A DNA stretch of 64,000 nucleotides. Source: Prevotella sp. Lineage in GTDB: Bacteria > Bacteroidota > Bacteroidia > Bacteroidales > Dysgonomonadaceae. Location of the stretch: the NCBI GenBank assembly GCA_031285625.1, contig JAITVV010000095.1:128001-192000 (forward strand). Direction: 5' to 3'. Below the pieces are notes generated by a model. That model was not told the DNA's origin and did no database searches. It was given only the letters and a program-made list of their open reading frames with translations. Positions 20,304 to 30,297 of the stretch are shown here, piece by piece (the stretch's first letter is position 1; each line of letters starts with the position of its first letter). Both the position numbers and the translations under genes were made by a program.

Positions 20304-20921
20304 ATGGAAACAGTCAAACGGTCTTCATGGCAAGTTATGCCATTAAGTACACCATTATTAAAAAAGAAATGTAAATGCAAAAGCAACCTCTATTATAGTA
20401 GTGACAAATTCAGGCTTAACTCTCAAAAAAAGAGTATCGATGTATGGCTTATCTATAAATGTATTAAATGCGATAACACATGTAATATAACCATACTATC
20501 ACGAACCAAACCAGACCTGATTGATAAAGAATTATATCATAGATTCAGTATGAATGATGAAGGCACAGCATGGAAATATGCTTTCGATGCTGAAACCTTC
20601 AGAAGAAATAATCTGGAACCTGATTACAGTAATATAGAATATGAGATCATCTCTGAAAATATATCATTACATGATATTTCAGTTATGGAAACTGACATCA
20701 TCGAATTTGAGATAATATCGCTGTATAACCTTGATATAAAACTAACTACCATTATCCGGAAATGTCTTGATATTTCGTCTGGCCAGTTAGAAAAAATGTT
20801 GAGTGCAGGAATTATCAGCGTTCAGCCGTCGGTACCTCTTAAGAAATCTAAGGTCAGGAATGGAATTATAGTTTCCATACATAAGAAGAAATTAAAGTTG
20901 TATATGGAAAAGAATATATGA
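20304..20921 (+). CDS. DUF1062-like protein (Zn-finger plus S4-like C-terminus)
   Basis: KFRLNSQKKSIDVWLIYKCIKCDNTCN motif; C-terminal S4-like segment. Confidence 0.75.
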   Translation: METVKRSSWQVMPLSTPLLKKKCKCKSNLYYSSDKFRLNSQKKSIDVWLIYKCIKCDNTCNITILSRTKPDLIDKELYHRFSMNDEGTAWKYAFDAETFRRNNLEPDYSNIEYEIISENISLHDISVMETDIIEFEIISLYNLDIKLTTIIRKCLDISSGQLEKMLSAGIISVQPSVPLKKSKVRNGIIVSIHKKKLKLYMEKNI

Positions 20922-20932
20922 TTATAAATAAC

Positions 20933-21019
20933 AGGCTGTTTCAGTACTCTTTTTGTCATTCTGAATACAATGAAGAATATTCAACATAACAGAGAAACAG
21001 TAGTATCCTGGAACAGCCT
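20933..21019. repeat. Degenerate, internally deleted copy 3 of the palindromic element
   Basis: aggctgtt...aacagcct ends; ttttgtcattctgaatacaatgaagaat core. Confidence 0.7.
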
Positions 21020-21023
21020 TATT

Positions 21024-21737
21024 TTACATCTTTAGATAAAAATCTTTTACTAAAGCAGTAAATTCATCTGAGTAAACATGTCTTTCCTTTTCTATCAGCA
21101 AATCTGTTTCCACTAATGGTAGTTCATTTTTAGATAGTTCTACAAGGATACGCTTGGATACAGATGAAGGAGTAGGAAACACATTGGTTATACGCGAGAC
21201 AAACAGATTGTTTTGCCCGGCCAGACTTACCAATATATTTTTATAGTCGCATGGATAAATAACAGATAACTTCCCCCGTTCAGATAATAACCGGGATGAT
21301 ATACTGATCAAATCCTCAACAGGCAGACTATCGGCATGGCGGGCTAGTGTTCTTCCCTGATGTGGAGACTTCAATGATTCAATAAAAAATGGAGGATTGG
21401 AGATAATAGCATCATATTTCTTCAATGGATACGATACTAAATCCTGCAATGACTTTTCAACGCATTGAATTCGTGAAGCAAAAGGCGATTCCCCAACATT
21501 TTCGGCTGATTGCACTATGGCATCCGTATCAATATCAATCGCATCGATAGTTGCATTACTATTTCGCTGGGCAATCATTAAAGCAATCAGGCCGGTTCCT
21601 GTTCCTATATCAAGCACATAACGAGCATCTGAAACATCAGTCCAAGCGCCAAGTAACACACCATCCGTGCCCACTTTCATAGCGCAACGATCATGATATA
21701 TCGTAAATTGCTTAAATTGAAAATAAGGATTTGGCAT
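21024..21737 (-). CDS. trmN6: tRNA1(Val) adenine(37)-N6 methyltransferase
   Basis: FQFKQF, MKVGTDGVLLGAW, DIGTGTG, SNPPFF. Confidence 0.92.
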   Translation of the reverse strand: MPNPYFQFKQFTIYHDRCAMKVGTDGVLLGAWTDVSDARYVLDIGTGTGLIALMIAQRNSNATIDAIDIDTDAIVQSAENVGESPFASRIQCVEKSLQDLVSYPLKKYDAIISNPPFFIESLKSPHQGRTLARHADSLPVEDLISISSRLLSERGKLSVIYPCDYKNILVSLAGQNNLFVSRITNVFPTPSSVSKRILVELSKNELPLVETDLLIEKERHVYSDEFTALVKDFYLKM

Positions 21738-21738
21738 A

Positions 21739-22356
21739 CTATTTCAGCACTGCTTTTACTTTAATCCAACCAAGATTTTCATCATTGATATCCCTTTCAT
21801 AATAGTAAACATCCCCATCTCGCAGAAAAACCATATTCAACAGTCTTTCATCATCAAACAACCCTTCGCATCCTGTTGGAATAAGAAACATATCGAATAG
21901 CTCTTTCCATTCACCACTTTTATAAGTATATGTCATCCAATGATAAACACATTCATTCATCGGAGCTTGAAATACGCTAAACTCGTCTGCCCCGTCACCA
22001 TTCAAGTCTCCTTCGAAAACAAGTGTTGCATCACAACAGCCAATAGACAAATCTGCAATTTCCTTATTTGAAAAACGAACAGCATATTCTTCTGCTATTG
22101 CATTGTCATCGTCAATTGGATTACCTTCACCTTCTCTTACTTTCACGATATAGGCATATTCGTCAGAGCTTCTCCCATCAAAATTTCCACTAATCCTTTG
22201 TCCTACCCTGGATTCCTCTACAATGTTTTCCTTTATAGTATCATCTGCCATAGAATTATTATCTTCTGTTTGTATATTTACATTTCTACCTGAACAGGAA
22301 ATCAATGCAAATAAGGTCAACATACAAAGGAGTTTATTTATCATATTATCACTCAT
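21739..22356 (-). CDS. Hypothetical lipoprotein with FG-GAP-like Ca-binding motifs
   Basis: Lipobox LISC; GNFDG and GDLNGDGADE. Confidence 0.65.
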   Translation of the reverse strand: MSDNMINKLLCMLTLFALISCSGRNVNIQTEDNNSMADDTIKENIVEESRVGQRISGNFDGRSSDEYAYIVKVREGEGNPIDDDNAIAEEYAVRFSNKEIADLSIGCCDATLVFEGDLNGDGADEFSVFQAPMNECVYHWMTYTYKSGEWKELFDMFLIPTGCEGLFDDERLLNMVFLRDGDVYYYERDINDENLGWIKVKAVLK

Positions 22357-22376
22357 TAAAAAATCTATAGTATTTA

Positions 22377-22392
22377 TGGCATAAATTTTGTT
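22377..22392 (+). promoter_or_regulatory. sigma54-like motif upstream of lon
   Basis: TGGCATAAATTTTGTT. Confidence 0.55.
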
Positions 22393-22483
22393 ATATATTA
22401 AAACAAAGTTAGTTATAATTCTGTATTTTTACAGCCCTTTTGCGGTAAGGGAATATAATTCAATAAAAACAAGGTAATTAAAT

Positions 22484-24967
22484 ATGTTCAACAAAAAGAA
22501 AGATTTACTCAGCCTCGAAGAAAATAGCGAACCCGTTATTTCGATCATTTCCAATGACTTCGACGATGGGGACTGCTATATAAACGAAAAAGATTTAAAG
22601 GAAGAACTGGCTATTCTTCCCCTGCGAAATACAGTTATATTTCCGGGAACGAGTATGCCTATCTCGGTAGCGCGGAAGAAGTCACTGAAATTAATTAAAA
22701 GCGTAAATCGTCAGAAAGGGAAATATGTAGGTCTTATCTGCCAAAAAGACGCAGAAAATGAAGACCCGGAATTAAACGATTTATACTCAATGGGTGTGAT
22801 CGCTGAGATAATACGGGTGATAGAGCTTCCCGACGATGAAAATGTAACTGTCATCTTTCAGGGTAAGAAACGTTTTCGCCTGACAGAACTGACACAAACA
22901 GAACCATATCTGAAAGGACATTATGAATACAGGGATAGCGTTCCGGTACTGAAAACAGATACCGAATACAAAGCACTACTGGATTCGATACGTGACTTGA
23001 TGATTCAGATGCTGCGTATGTACGGCGAACCGCCAAAAGAATTTATACAACGGATTAAATCAGATGTTGTATCTTCTCTTTTAGTCAATTACTGCTGTGC
23101 TAATCTGCCTGTTTCAGGCGCAGAAAAACAAGCACTACTGGAGATCGATGACGAAAAAGAACGTGCTTACCGTTTGCTGGTTATCCTCAATCGTGAGACA
23201 CAAATGATGGAGATGAAGCTCAACATACAGATGAAAACACGTGAAGAGCTGAATCAACAACAGAAGGAATATTTCCTGCAACAGCAAATTAAAACTATTC
23301 AGGACGAGTTGGGAGGTAATCCTCAACAAGCCGATCTTGAAGAATTTAAGTTGAGAGCTGCTAAGAAAAAATGGGGAAAAGAAGTAGCGGAGATTTTCGA
23401 AAAAGAAATGAATAAGCTTGAACGCTTACATCCTCAGTCACCAGACTACTCTACCCAGTATACATATATAGAAACTGTTCTTGATCTGCCTTGGGGAGAG
23501 TATACAAAAGATAACTTCAATCTTAAGAACGCCCAAAAAGTACTGGATCAGGATCATTTTGGACTGGAAAAAGTAAAAGAGCGTATTATAGAACACCTGG
23601 CTGTTCTAAAACTAAAAGGCGATTTAAAATCACCTATTATCTGCCTATACGGTCCTCCGGGGGTAGGGAAAACCTCTTTGGGAAAATCCGTAGCAAAAGC
23701 ATTGAACCGTAATTATATACGGGTTTCGCTAGGAGGCTTGCACGACGAATCAGAGATACGCGGACACCGACGTACTTATATTGGAGCCATGCCCGGACGT
23801 ATTATTCAGAATATACTGAAGGCAGGTTCTTCAAATCCGGTATTTGTATTGGATGAAATAGATAAAATAGGTAGTGACTTCAAGGGAGACCCTTCATCTG
23901 CACTATTGGAAGTATTAGACCCCGAACAGAACTCAACATTCCACGATAATTATCTGAATATAGATTACGATTTATCTAAAGTAATGTTTCTGGCAACAGC
24001 GAATAATCTTTCCACTATTTCGCAACCACTGCTCGACCGTATGGAACTAATCGATGTAAGCGGCTATATCATTGAAGAAAAGATAGAGATTGCACGGCGT
24101 CACCTGATTCCAAAGCAAATGGAGAATCACGGGTTGCCAAAAGATTCTATTGACATTCCGAAAAAAACAATCGAAAAAATAGTAGAGAGCTACACCCGCG
24201 AATCGGGAGTACGTGAGCTTGATAAGAAGATAGCTAAAATAATGCGTAAAGTAGCACGCAAGGTTGCTTCAGAGGAGGAATATAAAAAAGCAATCGATCC
24301 GGAAGACCTGCACGAATACCTGGGTGCCGTAGAATATACAAGAGACCAGTATCAGGGGAATAACTACGCAGGTGTAGTTACAGGACTAGCCTGGACATCT
24401 GTAGGCGGTGAAATCCTATTTATAGAAACATCACTAAGCAAGGGTAAAGGAGGTAAACTAACCCTTACCGGGAACCTTGGGGATGTGATGAAAGAATCTG
24501 CTGTGCTTGCATTGGAATACCTACACTCACATGGTAGCCATTGGGGTATTGATGAAAAAATCTTTGAGAACTGGAACGTACATGTCCACGTACCCGAAGG
24601 TGCTATACCTAAAGATGGCCCGTCGGCCGGAATAACAATGGTAACATCACTGGCTTCGGCATTTACTCAAAGAAAAGTAAGACCAAATCTGGCCATGACA
24701 GGAGAGATAACCCTGCGAGGGAAAGTGCTGCCTGTAGGTGGAATACGTGAGAAAATACTTGCAGCAAAACGTGCCGGAATCAAAGAAATTATCCTTTGCA
24801 AAGAGAATAAGAAAAATATAGATGAAATAAAACCTCTTTATCTGAAAGGGCTTACATTCCACTATGTAGATGATATAAAGCAAGTACTGGATATCGCCCT
24901 CCTAAAAGAAAAAGTAAAGGATCCTTTGGATTTGACAGTGAAAGAAGAAAAAGAAAAAGCGAACTGA
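22484..24967 (+). CDS. lon: Lon protease (endopeptidase La)
   Basis: LPLRN N-domain, [22 protein letters not shown] catalytic Ser. Confidence 0.98.
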   Translation: MFNKKKDLLSLEENSEPVISIISNDFDDGDCYINEKDLKEELAILPLRNTVIFPGTSMPISVARKKSLKLIKSVNRQKGKYVGLICQKDAENEDPELNDLYSMGVIAEIIRVIELPDDENVTVIFQGKKRFRLTELTQTEPYLKGHYEYRDSVPVLKTDTEYKALLDSIRDLMIQMLRMYGEPPKEFIQRIKSDVVSSLLVNYCCANLPVSGAEKQALLEIDDEKERAYRLLVILNRETQMMEMKLNIQMKTREELNQQQKEYFLQQQIKTIQDELGGNPQQADLEEFKLRAAKKKWGKEVAEIFEKEMNKLERLHPQSPDYSTQYTYIETVLDLPWGEYTKDNFNLKNAQKVLDQDHFGLEKVKERIIEHLAVLKLKGDLKSPIICLYGPPGVGKTSLGKSVAKALNRNYIRVSLGGLHDESEIRGHRRTYIGAMPGRIIQNILKAGSSNPVFVLDEIDKIGSDFKGDPSSALLEVLDPEQNSTFHDNYLNIDYDLSKVMFLATANNLSTISQPLLDRMELIDVSGYIIEEKIEIARRHLIPKQMENHGLPKDSIDIPKKTIEKIVESYTRESGVRELDKKIAKIMRKVARKVASEEEYKKAIDPEDLHEYLGAVEYTRDQYQGNNYAGVVTGLAWTSVGGEILFIETSLSKGKGGKLTLTGNLGDVMKESAVLALEYLHSHGSHWGIDEKIFENWNVHVHVPEGAIPKDGPSAGITMVTSLASAFTQRKVRPNLAMTGEITLRGKVLPVGGIREKILAAKRAGIKEIILCKENKKNIDEIKPLYLKGLTFHYVDDIKQVLDIALLKEKVKDPLDLTVKEEKEKAN

Positions 24968-24981
24968 TAAATAATATGAAT

Positions 24982-25023
24982 AAATAAAAAAGTGCAAATC
25001 AATTGATTTGCACTTTTTTATTT
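24982..25023 (+). terminator. Intrinsic terminator after lon
   Basis: aaaaaagtgcaaatc-aatt-gatttgcactttttt perfect palindrome. Confidence 0.8.
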
Positions 25024-25063
25024 TAATTTGTAGATTTACCGGACAAACTTTATTTATACCAAT

Positions 25064-26341
25064 ATGAAACGTGTCAAAGTCCTTTTATTACTGATAATGA
25101 CGCTTGTCACAGGTGTCATATCTTCTCAAACTGTAAAACCTATCAATGCTGAAATATTGCCTAACACCGCACTCCAAGAAGAAACACCAGAGTATAAAAA
25201 ATATACACTCCTGATAGAGAAACTAAATGAAGGTGAAAAGACATTGGAGAATCTGGATAAAAGCGAGATCAGCCTGATGAAAAAACATGACCCTCATTAT
25301 CCTGATGGTTATAATGAATTTCCCTTTAACTGGAGCATACTGGGTCCCGGATGTAGCTGGTACTGCGGAGCACAATATGAGACCAAAGTATCTTCATCGC
25401 TAGAGGCACAAGGTAATAATGTATATTCTGAAAAATCGATAGGAGATGATGATGTACGCAGCGCATGGGTTGAAGGAGCCGAAGGATACGGAATAGGCGA
25501 ATACGTGGAATTCATATTTGATTATAATGCTCCCCGTGCAACAAGTGTGACTATATCCAATGGGTATAACAAAAGTGCAACAGCATGGAAAAACAATTCA
25601 CGGGTAAAAACCCTGAATATATATGAAGATGATAAATTACTGATGACAGTTAATCTGGCAGATACACGCGACTTGCAGCGATTTGACCTGCCGCATCCTA
25701 TACCTAACCGTAAAGGAGAATCGGGAATGTCGGATCGTGACGAAAACAAACCTCCGGTACGTCTCAGGATGATGATCAGTGAAGTGTACAAAGGCGATAA
25801 ATATGACGATACAGCTATTAGCGAAATCTTATTTGACGGGATGGATGTACATTGCTTGTTGGAAGGAACAATGATAACAATGGCTGACAGGAAAGAACAG
25901 GCTATTGAAAATGTAAAAGTCGGTCAAAAAGTATTGGCATGGAATCCGGTAAAGAAGAAGATGGAAAAACAAGAGGTGGTAAGAATCCACACAGCACAAC
26001 ACTCTGCATCGGAAATGATTTCCATACACTATAAGCTAAATAAGGAGATGACCCTGTCACTGACTGCTGACCATCCCGTTTATAGCATTACGGGCTGGGT
26101 TTCAGCTAATCCGGAAGCCACAGCAAATTACCAGAGGTACACAGGAGTAAAGGTCGGAAAATTGGATGCAAATACTATATTATACAGAGCTTCGGTAGAT
26201 GGCAGATCTTTAATAAAGAAGAGGATCAACTCAATACAGAGTTTTGAGAGTAAAGATGATGTGATACTTAATACTTACACCCTCGAACTGGATGGTAACG
26301 GTATCTTTTTTGCCAACGGTTTTGCAGTAGGACAAGAGTAA
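25064..26341 (+). CDS. Secreted protein: NADase-type/discoidin glycan-binding domain plus C-terminal Hint (intein-like) domain
   Basis: Signal peptide; AWVEGAEGYGIGE, NGYNK...NSRVK, EVYKGDKYDDTAISEI; Hint blocks CLLEGTMITMAD, LTADHP, TYTLELDGNGIFFANG. Confidence 0.82.
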   Translation: MKRVKVLLLLIMTLVTGVISSQTVKPINAEILPNTALQEETPEYKKYTLLIEKLNEGEKTLENLDKSEISLMKKHDPHYPDGYNEFPFNWSILGPGCSWYCGAQYETKVSSSLEAQGNNVYSEKSIGDDDVRSAWVEGAEGYGIGEYVEFIFDYNAPRATSVTISNGYNKSATAWKNNSRVKTLNIYEDDKLLMTVNLADTRDLQRFDLPHPIPNRKGESGMSDRDENKPPVRLRMMISEVYKGDKYDDTAISEILFDGMDVHCLLEGTMITMADRKEQAIENVKVGQKVLAWNPVKKKMEKQEVVRIHTAQHSASEMISIHYKLNKEMTLSLTADHPVYSITGWVSANPEATANYQRYTGVKVGKLDANTILYRASVDGRSLIKKRINSIQSFESKDDVILNTYTLELDGNGIFFANGFAVGQE

Positions 26342-26377
26342 TGTACTCGAAGATATCAATAGTCTCTTTAAATATTT

Positions 26378-26410
26378 AATAAGTGTAAATCCAAACGATT
26401 TACACTTATT
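26378..26410 (+). terminator. Intrinsic terminator
   Basis: aataagtgtaaatc/gatttacacttatt stem. Confidence 0.65.
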
Positions 26411-26444
26411 TGTTTTAAACTATTTTGCTACATTTGCACTACTT

Positions 26445-27002
26445 ATGGCGAACAATCAAAGTATGAGCGAAAACTTCAAACTAATCAACAGATATGCTAT
26501 GCATTATGGTCTGTTGCTCGGATTATTCTGGGTGATCAGATATGCATTCCTTATAGTAGCAGGGATAGGTGTATCTGACAGATTTGCGTTTGTATTCTAC
26601 TTACTGAATATAGTAACTCTGCTCATAGTATATATTTTCTATTATAAATTCAAGTCTTCGGACCTGGACAAACCAAAGAGTGCCTGGCAATGTATCGGAT
26701 TTACAGTCTTGATGTGTTTCTTTGCATCCTTCCTCGAAGGAGCTGTGATGTATGCACACTTTCAGTTTATCGATCCCGCATACTTTACACATATGATAGA
26801 ACCATTTCTGAAGAGCATAGATACGACTCCAAGAATGGCTTTTATATCTGAAGCTGAATTTGTGGAAGTAAAGAGGATGATGGTAAGTATATATTCGAGC
26901 AAGCTTACATATATTGCATTCGAATTTATAAAAAACATATTTCTGGGGTTCTTTCTTAGTCTTATACTGAACTTTGTAGTCAAAGTGAATAAAAGTAAAT
27001 GA
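26445..27002 (+). CDS. DUF4199 family membrane protein
   Basis: YAMHYGLLLG start, four TM segments, FQFIDP motif; upstream of a GT2 gene. Confidence 0.75.
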   Translation: MANNQSMSENFKLINRYAMHYGLLLGLFWVIRYAFLIVAGIGVSDRFAFVFYLLNIVTLLIVYIFYYKFKSSDLDKPKSAWQCIGFTVLMCFFASFLEGAVMYAHFQFIDPAYFTHMIEPFLKSIDTTPRMAFISEAEFVEVKRMMVSIYSSKLTYIAFEFIKNIFLGFFLSLILNFVVKVNKSK

Positions 27003-27011
27003 TCGTACATT

Positions 27012-27962
27012 ATGGATATTTCAGTAGTTATACCTTTATTAAATGAAGAGGAATCGCTCCGCGAACTCCATACATGGATAAAACGGGTAATGAATGAGAA
27101 TGGATTTTCTTATGAGATCATCTTTGTGGATGATGGCAGCAGAGATCGTTCATGGGATATCATATGCGATCTTAAGAAAATAGACGATAATGTAAAAGCA
27201 ATCCGTTTTCGCCGCAACTATGGTAAATCACCGGCCTTGCATTGCGCTTTCGGCAGAGCTGTGGGGGATGTCGTGATTACGATGGATGCTGATCTGCAGG
27301 ATAGTCCGGATGAAATACCGGCTCTATATAAAATGATCAAGGAAGATGGTAATGATCTTGTTTCCGGCTGGAAAAAGAAACGCTACGATCCGTTATCCAA
27401 AACATTACCAACTAAATTATTTAATGCTACAGCAAGAAAAGTATCGGGAGTGAAACTCCACGACTTCAACTGCGGACTAAAATCATACAAAAAAGAAGTA
27501 GTAAAGAGCATAGAGATATATAACGATATGCACCGCTACATCCCATATCTGGCCAAGATAGCGGGATTTACCAAAATAACAGAAAAGGAAGTACACCACC
27601 AGGCACGGAAATATGGTAAAAGTAAGTTTGCCGGACTAAGCCGTTTTGTAAATGGTTATCTCGATTTGCTCACCCTTTGGTTTTTGTCTGTGTTCGGCCG
27701 CAAACCAATGCATTTTTTTGGTCTGTGGGGTACTGTTATGTTTGCTCTGGGATTTCTGGCAGCTATCATTTTAGGTGCAAATAAACTATATGCAATAAGT
27801 CAGGATATAGCCCATCCACTTGTTACCAGTTCACCTTATTTTTATATTGCACTGACAATGATGATACTGGGTACACAATTATTCTTAGCCGGGTTCTTGG
27901 GTGAAATTGTCTCCCGTAGTTCGACCGAAAGGAATAACTATAAGATTGAAGAAGAACTATAA
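27012..27962 (+). CDS. Glycosyltransferase family 2, polyprenol-phosphate type (ArnC/GtrB-like)
   Basis: VDDGSRD, RRNYGKS, TMDADLQD, HDFNCG; two C-terminal TM helices. Confidence 0.92.
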   Translation: MDISVVIPLLNEEESLRELHTWIKRVMNENGFSYEIIFVDDGSRDRSWDIICDLKKIDDNVKAIRFRRNYGKSPALHCAFGRAVGDVVITMDADLQDSPDEIPALYKMIKEDGNDLVSGWKKKRYDPLSKTLPTKLFNATARKVSGVKLHDFNCGLKSYKKEVVKSIEIYNDMHRYIPYLAKIAGFTKITEKEVHHQARKYGKSKFAGLSRFVNGYLDLLTLWFLSVFGRKPMHFFGLWGTVMFALGFLAAIILGANKLYAISQDIAHPLVTSSPYFYIALTMMILGTQLFLAGFLGEIVSRSSTERNNYKIEEEL

Positions 27963-28001
27963 TTGATGCTCTAGCAGCATTGATTACCTACTATAAAACT
28001 A

Positions 28002-28520
28002 ATGCAACTAAAAGAACTCATCGAAAAGCGCTACTCAGTGAGGGCTTATTTGTCACAACCTGTTGAGACAGATAAAATAAATTACATTCTGGAGTGTGCC
28101 CAACAGTCTCCTTCTGCAAATAACTTGCAACCATGGAAATTCTACATTGTAACTAACGAAAATACAATACAAAAAATACAGGAATCGTACAACAGGGAAT
28201 GGTTTAAAACCGCGCCTATGCATATTGTAGTCTGCAAAGACTCGTCTGTATCCTGGAAAAGAAATAACACTGACGGAAAAGATTTTGGAGATGTGGATGC
28301 CAGTATTGCTGCCGAGCATATTTGTCTAGCAGCTGCCGAAATCGGACTCGGTACATGTTGGGTATGTAACTTTATACCGGATATTCTCCGGGAAGCTCTC
28401 AATATACCTGATCATCTGGAGCCTGTGGCAATATTCCCTATCGGATATATAGATACTGAAAAAAGCTCGTGGAACGAAAAGAAACGTAAACCTCTTTCAG
28501 ACATCACAGAATGGATATAG
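28002..28520 (+). CDS. Nitroreductase family protein
   Basis: RYSVRAY, PSANNLQPW, GLGTCWV, RKPL. Confidence 0.92.
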   Translation: MQLKELIEKRYSVRAYLSQPVETDKINYILECAQQSPSANNLQPWKFYIVTNENTIQKIQESYNREWFKTAPMHIVVCKDSSVSWKRNNTDGKDFGDVDASIAAEHICLAAAEIGLGTCWVCNFIPDILREALNIPDHLEPVAIFPIGYIDTEKSSWNEKKRKPLSDITEWI

Positions 28521-29074
28521 TTCAGATTATTGTTTTAGCTATAGGCCTATCTATGGATAGTCTGGTTATCGCACTAACCAGTGGTGCCATTATAGGTAAC
28601 CACAAAACAATAAATATCCTCAAGATAGCAGGTATGCTTGCCTTTATGCAAATGAGCCTGACTGTCTTTGGATGGTATATAGGTTCTACCTTTGCGCAAT
28701 ATATCGACCAGTATGACCATTGGCTTGCATTCGGGATACTATTCTTTTTAGGCGCAAGAGTCATCTTTACCAGCCTGAAAGGAGATGAGAACAATACCCC
28801 ATTCAATCCCCTCAATTTTAAAGTCATGTTAAGCCTTGGGATTGCTACAAGCATAGATGCTACAGCAGTAGGGCTATCGATGTCTTTTATTAATATAAAT
28901 ATTCTGACACCTGCAATTATTATAGGAGCTGTTACACTTATCGTTTCATCATTGGGAGTTATATTTGGCAGTAAAGTAGGACAGCGCTACAATCTGAGAA
29001 TAAATATACTTGGAGGTATTATACTTCTCCTTATCGGATGCAGTATCTTACTACAGCACACGATACTACATTAA
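28511..29074 (+). CDS. mntP: Manganese efflux pump MntP
   Basis: Duplicated GLSMD / ATSIDA motifs, DHWLAF; start overlaps the nitroreductase stop. Confidence 0.88.
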   Translation: MDIVQIIVLAIGLSMDSLVIALTSGAIIGNHKTINILKIAGMLAFMQMSLTVFGWYIGSTFAQYIDQYDHWLAFGILFFLGARVIFTSLKGDENNTPFNPLNFKVMLSLGIATSIDATAVGLSMSFININILTPAIIIGAVTLIVSSLGVIFGSKVGQRYNLRINILGGIILLLIGCSILLQHTILH

Positions 29075-29207
29075 GCAAAACCTGTTTACAATATTAAAGT
29101 CTTGTTAAATAAACAAAAGAATCAAACCTTATATTTCACAGGTATGTTATTTTTAATAGATAAGCTATTATATTTGCTTGTAGTATAACTCATAAAACTC
29201 AGAACAA

Positions 29208-29462
29208 ATGACATTTATATTTTTCTTAATATTTGCCATTGTTATATTTGGAATAATGTTGATCCTCACATTAGTAAGAGGAATATCTTCATTTATATTT
29301 GGTAAACCAAGCTCTTCTTTCTCAGGGTCGGGTTATCAGACTACAAGCGGTTTCTCGGGAGGCCGCGAAAAAAGCCAGCACAATGGAACTGCAAAAACTC
29401 ATCATAAAGTATTCTCAAAAGACGAAGGAGAATATGTAAAATATGAAGAAATAAAAGAATAG
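29208..29462 (+). CDS. DUF4834-like small membrane protein
   Basis: N-terminal TM helix; C-terminal KDEGEYVKYEEIKE. Confidence 0.75.
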   Translation: MTFIFFLIFAIVIFGIMLILTLVRGISSFIFGKPSSSFSGSGYQTTSGFSGGREKSQHNGTAKTHHKVFSKDEGEYVKYEEIKE

Positions 29463-29484
29463 GAACCCCTTCAAATAGAAAAAG

Positions 29485-29519
29485 AAAAGCAGCATACTAG
29501 AAGTATGCTGCTTTTTTTT
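29485..29519. terminator. Bidirectional terminator between convergent genes
   Basis: aaaagcagcatact/agtatgctgctttt flanked by A/T tracts. Confidence 0.75.
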
Positions 29520-29531
29520 ATTGAGAATTGG

Positions 29532-30200
29532 CTACATTATAGCATTACCGTTAATACTTAGCTTAAAACTCAGGTGTAGAAAACCGGCTGCTTTACGCGA
29601 CAGCAACATACGTTCCATAAAGATCTCAAAATAATCCATTACCGCACTTATCTCCGTATCGATAGTCAGATAAAGCGTTATTGTTTTATTCTCCTTATCC
29701 AGCACCAGGTCTGATTTCTCCACAGCATAATTTACCCTGTCGTGGATATCCGAATATATTGTTTCCTTGTTGCGCACACGGCTTCGGCGTACATCTGTTT
29801 TATCTGCAATAATAATTGCTGCGGCTACAGCATTGACAGGGAAGGCAGTCTTCTCATCATGATTTCCAATAGCTGTGATAACTGTTGCTGTATCTTCAGC
29901 TTCCATTCCCATTTTATCCAGAATACGAAAAGCCATTACCGCACCGCTTTGCGCATGATCTGCACGGTTTATCACATTCCCTATATCGTGCATATATGCT
30001 GCTATTTTTGCTAGCTCCACATCATGGTCATTGTATCCCAGATCTCTTAGCAATCCACCTGCTACCTCAGCGCATTTAGTTGCATGAGCAAAGCTATGTT
30101 CGGTAAATCCCATAACTGCCAATGAAGCATCTGCCTGTTTTATATATGTTCTTATTTCCTGAGAGTTTTTTATATCCGCAAAAGTTACTTTACGTGCCAT
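29532..30200 (-). CDS. HD-domain phosphohydrolase
   Basis: TEHSFAH, MHDIGN, GNHDE, ADKTDV. Confidence 0.88.
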   Translation of the reverse strand: MARKVTFADIKNSQEIRTYIKQADASLAVMGFTEHSFAHATKCAEVAGGLLRDLGYNDHDVELAKIAAYMHDIGNVINRADHAQSGAVMAFRILDKMGMEAEDTATVITAIGNHDEKTAFPVNAVAAAIIIADKTDVRRSRVRNKETIYSDIHDRVNYAVEKSDLVLDKENKTITLYLTIDTEISAVMDYFEIFMERMLLSRKAAGFLHLSFKLSINGNAIM

Positions 30201-30297
30201 ATTTTATAAATTCAGATTATGAGTGCGCAAATATATTTATTTTTGTACTTTTAAAACCAATATTTAGCATTTGAAAAATAAAAATTAGTATTAAATT

